Source: Thermoplasmatota archaeon
GTDB taxonomy: Archaea > Thermoplasmatota > E2 > JACPAO01 > JAHFTW01
Length of the DNA: 64,000 nt
Direction of reading: 5' to 3'
NCBI GenBank assembly: GCA_041601615.1
Contig: JBFIHX010000002.1
Coordinates: forward strand, 160,001 to 224,000
Shown: positions 61,291 to 64,000 of the stretch, piece after piece
Position numbering within the stretch: position 1 is the first letter of the stretch
How the letters are laid out: the number at the start of each line of letters is the position of its first letter
The notes under the pieces: model-generated
Database searches by the model: none
Told to the model about the DNA's origin: nothing
Seen by the model: the letters and a program-made list of their open reading frames with translations, nothing else
Position numbers and translations under genes: made by a program

Positions 61291-61364
61291 GGGCTGCTAG
61301 CTTAGTCAGGTAGAGCATCGGACTCTTAATCCGACGGTCGCCGGTTCGAACCCGGTGCAGCCCG
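61291..61364 (+). tRNA. tRNA-Lys(CTT)
   Basis: Acceptor GGGCTGC/GCAGCCC, anticodon arm TCGGA-CTCTTAA-TCCGA, T arm GCCGG-TTCGAAC-CCGGT; no encoded CCA. Confidence 0.96.
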
Positions 61365-61491
61365 CCTACCCTCCGTCTTCCAGGGACACTTTTTGATTCG
61401 CTGTAGCGGGTCGCTTGGCGGGATTTTTGCTGGGCGCAACGAAGGAAATTGAGGAAGAAGGAGGGGGCGGCACGTGATGGCGGGTCGTGGC

Positions 61492-61995
61492 CTAGGCGGC
61501 GTTTTCGACGTTGGGTTCGATTTCCACCATGACGGTCGTTGCTTCCACGTTGGCGCCGGTTGTGACGTGGACGCGGCTGACGGTGCCGGTCATGGGGGAT
61601 TTGAGGTCGTTTTGCATCTTCATGGCTTCCAGCACGAGGATGATGGCGCCTTCTTCGACGGGGTCGCCTTCTTTGACGCGCACTTCGACGATCTTGCCGG
61701 GCATGGGGGGTTTGATTTTGCCGTCTTTGCGGCGGCCGGCGCCTCCGGCTCGTACTAGCTCGGGTTTGGCGCGGCGGATTTCGAGGTCCAGGACGGTGCG
61801 GTCGAGGAGGAAGTTGCCGTCTTCGATGCGGAATTCGAAGCTGTCGCCTTCGAGGGTTGCGCGGTAGTGGCTGGGGCCGAGGCGTTCGACTTCGGGTTGG
61901 AAGCTGGTGCCTTCGACGAGGAAGCGCGGGCCTTCGGCGTGTTCTTCGAGTTGGACGTAGTGGGTGCGTCCGTCGAGTTTGAATCCGTAGCGCAT
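61492..61995 (-). CDS. biotin carboxyl carrier protein
   Basis: PPMPGKI, LEAMKMQN biotinylation motif; ATG at 61995. Confidence 0.93.
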   Translation of the reverse strand: MRYGFKLDGRTHYVQLEEHAEGPRFLVEGTSFQPEVERLGPSHYRATLEGDSFEFRIEDGNFLLDRTVLDLEIRRAKPELVRAGGAGRRKDGKIKPPMPGKIVEVRVKEGDPVEEGAIILVLEAMKMQNDLKSPMTGTVSRVHVTTGANVEATTVMVEIEPNVENAA

Positions 61996-63566
61996 TAGTT
62001 CCACACTCCTGAGTTTTCGCGGCGGGCTCGTTGGCCCCATGAGTTGAGCACGCGGCGGCCGTGTTCGTCTGCGTCGCCGTTGGCACTCTTGAAGCCGTAA
62101 TTGCGGTTGACGAAGGCGTCGATGCCGCCGGGTTCTTGGCTCATGGCTGCGGCGAGGGCGGCCAGCAGTTTGCGGGTGCCGGCGTCGGTTTCTTCGGCTA
62201 CTCCGTTGTAGCGCTCGAGGACGTTGTGTTCGTCGAGGTACTTGGTGGTCATGTCGCCGGCGCAGAAGGGCGCGTCTTCCATCAGGAGTTGGTGCAGGCC
62301 GCGGTTGGTGACGAGGTCGCCGAGGTCGTATTCGGCAAGTGCGCGGCGCATTTTGCGGATGGCGTCGGGGCGGTCGCTGCCGGTGACGATGAGCTTTGCG
62401 ACCATGCTGTCGTAGCTGCTGGGGACTTTGAGGCCGGCGTAGAGGAAGGTGTCGACGCGCACGCCGTTTCCTTGTGGGGGGGCGTGGCGTTTGATGGTGC
62501 CGGGGGTGGGCATGAAGTTTTGGCCCGGGTCTTCGGCGTTGATGCGGCATTCGATGCTCCAGCCGCGTTTGCGGGCGTCCACGGTGGCCTGATCGTAGCC
62601 CAGGGGTTCGCCTGCGGCGACACGGATCTGTTCGCGCACGAGGTCCATGCCGTACACTTGTTCGGTGACGGGGTGTTCGACTTGCAGGCGGGTGTTGACT
62701 TCGTTGAAGTAGAATTCGCCGTTCTCGTAGAGGAATTCGGCGGTGCCGGCGTTGGTGTATCCGACGGTCTTCGCGAGGGCACACACGGCGGCTCCGACGC
62801 GGGCGCGGTCTTCGTCGGTGACGATGGGGCTGGGTGCTTCTTCGATGAGTTTCTGGTGGCGGCGCTGGATGCTGCATTCGCGCTCGCCAAAGTGGACGGC
62901 GTTGCCGTGGGTGTCGGCGAGCAATTGGATTTCGATGTGGCGGGGTCGGCCGATGAATTTCTCGATGAAGCATTCGTGGCGGCCGAAGGCGGCTTTGGCT
63001 TGGCGTTGTGTTGCGCCGAGGGCTTCTTCGAGGTCCGCTTCGGATTTGACGACGCGCATGCCCATGCCGCCTCCTCCGAAGGCTGCTTTGATGATGACGG
63101 GGTAGCCGGCGACATCTGCTGCGACTTTGGCTTCTTCGAAGGTCTCGACGAATTGGTCGAGGCCGGGAACGACCGGGACGCCGGCGGCGCGGGCGGCTTC
63201 TTTGCTGGCCACTTTGTCGCCGAGGATGCGGATGGCGCTAGCGGGTGGGCCGATGAAGGTGATGCCGGCCTTTGTCAGGGCGTCTACGAAGTCGGCGCGT
63301 TCGGAGAGGAACCCGTAGCCGGGGTGGACGGCGTCGGCGCCGCTCTTGAGGCAGGTTTCGACGATGGCGTCGATGTCGAGGTAGTTGGTGGCGGCGGATT
63401 CGTCGCCGAGGAGGTATGCTTCGTCGGCAAACTTGACGTGTGCAGATTGGGCGTCTTGGGGCGAGTGGATGGCGACGGTCTTGATGCCGAGTTCGCGCGC
63501 GGTGCGCATGACGCGCAGGGCAATCTCGCCGCGGTTGGCGACTAGGATCTTCGTGATTTCAGGCAT
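61995..63566 (-). CDS. accC: biotin carboxylase subunit of acetyl/propionyl-CoA carboxylase
   Basis: KILVANRGEIA, HPGYGFLSE, GGGGMGMR, ERECSIQRRHQK, EVNTRLQVEH, RINAEDP, YDSMVAKL. Confidence 0.95.
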   Translation of the reverse strand: MPEITKILVANRGEIALRVMRTARELGIKTVAIHSPQDAQSAHVKFADEAYLLGDESAATNYLDIDAIVETCLKSGADAVHPGYGFLSERADFVDALTKAGITFIGPPASAIRILGDKVASKEAARAAGVPVVPGLDQFVETFEEAKVAADVAGYPVIIKAAFGGGGMGMRVVKSEADLEEALGATQRQAKAAFGRHECFIEKFIGRPRHIEIQLLADTHGNAVHFGERECSIQRRHQKLIEEAPSPIVTDEDRARVGAAVCALAKTVGYTNAGTAEFLYENGEFYFNEVNTRLQVEHPVTEQVYGMDLVREQIRVAAGEPLGYDQATVDARKRGWSIECRINAEDPGQNFMPTPGTIKRHAPPQGNGVRVDTFLYAGLKVPSSYDSMVAKLIVTGSDRPDAIRKMRRALAEYDLGDLVTNRGLHQLLMEDAPFCAGDMTTKYLDEHNVLERYNGVAEETDAGTRKLLAALAAAMSQEPGGIDAFVNRNYGFKSANGDADEHGRRVLNSWGQRARRENSGVWN

Positions 63567-64000
63567 GGAGGGTCTCCGGTTCAGAGGATGAGGGGGAGGG
63601 GAGAGAAGCGGTGGGGGGAGGGGATGGGAGGAAGGGCAGGGTGAGGGCGACGGCGAGTCCGGCCTTGACGATGTCGAAGGGCAGGAAGACGGTGCTGCCG
63701 AGTGCGATGGATTGGATGAGGGTGTAGGGTGTGAGGGCCCAGAGGACGGTGACGCCGCAGGCGTGCAGAAGCAGGAGCGTGCCTAGCATCACGAGCCAGA
63801 GGTTGGCGGCTGCGGCGCCTTCGCCGCGTTTGTTGCCAAGCAGGACGTAGGTGAGGCCGAGGCTTGTGAGGGTGATGAATGCGAGGGCCCAGAGGGTGCT
63901 GGCGCCGACGCCGAAGTCGGCTTCGAGGCCGGTGCCGGTGCGGTTCATCCAGGCGATGACGGCGACGGCGGCGACCAGCGATACGGCCACCAGTGCCACC
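63559..64000 (-). CDS. bioY: biotin transporter BioY (5' part outside the window)
   Basis: Hydrophobic ORF ending FLPFDIVKAGLAVAL, directly upstream of the biotin carboxylase. Confidence 0.65.
   Translation of the reverse strand, partial: VALVAVSLVAAVAVIAWMNRTGTGLEADFGVGASTLWALAFITLTSLGLTYVLLGNKRGEGAAAANLWLVMLGTLLLLHACGVTVLWALTPYTLIQSIALGSTVFLPFDIVKAGLAVALTLPFLPSPPPTASLPSPSSSEPETLHA

Noticed and set aside
46000-61364. Classical integrase-mediated element with a tRNA-Lys att duplication
   Set aside because: No tyrosine or serine recombinase and no duplicated tRNA fragment were found at the left boundary; the island lies 5' of the tRNA.

Overview
GC-rich archaeal chromosomal window, most consistent with a Thermoplasmatota-type euryarchaeon (inference from RadB, deoxyhypusine synthase, a CCA-less tRNA, GGTGA-type Shine-Dalgarno motifs and many LAGC-type lipoproteins). 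1-30.5 kb is mostly core and cell-surface genes: RadB with a long tail, two membrane-anchored wHTH regulators, MscS, DHS, RLAN/RimK/GNAT, icd, two lysyl-oxidase lipoproteins, beta-propeller lipoproteins, ABC and CDF transporters, and several small Cys-containing secreted proteins. 30.8-42.4 kb is a bacterial-like stress/detox cluster (ArsR, SRPBCC, VOC, RibD-C/DHFR-like, YgiD, DoxX). 42.5-45.9 kb is a Rieske/cytochrome b operon with b6-like features and a CxxCH protein. 46.1-61.2 kb is an island, compositionally distinct by eye, next to tRNA-Lys(CTT). It carries an ISH3/IS4-like DDE transposase coupled to an unknown ORF, an AbrB-like regulator, and a tightly coupled five-gene operon: class III nucleotidyl-cyclase-like gene, two unknown genes, a 1879-aa DUF1998 helicase (DruE-like) and a C5 DNA methyltransferase. 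This cyclase-containing Druantia-like operon is the best candidate for an undescribed system. The window ends in biotin carboxylase, BCCP and bioY. All family calls come from motif recognition by eye; no database searches were run.
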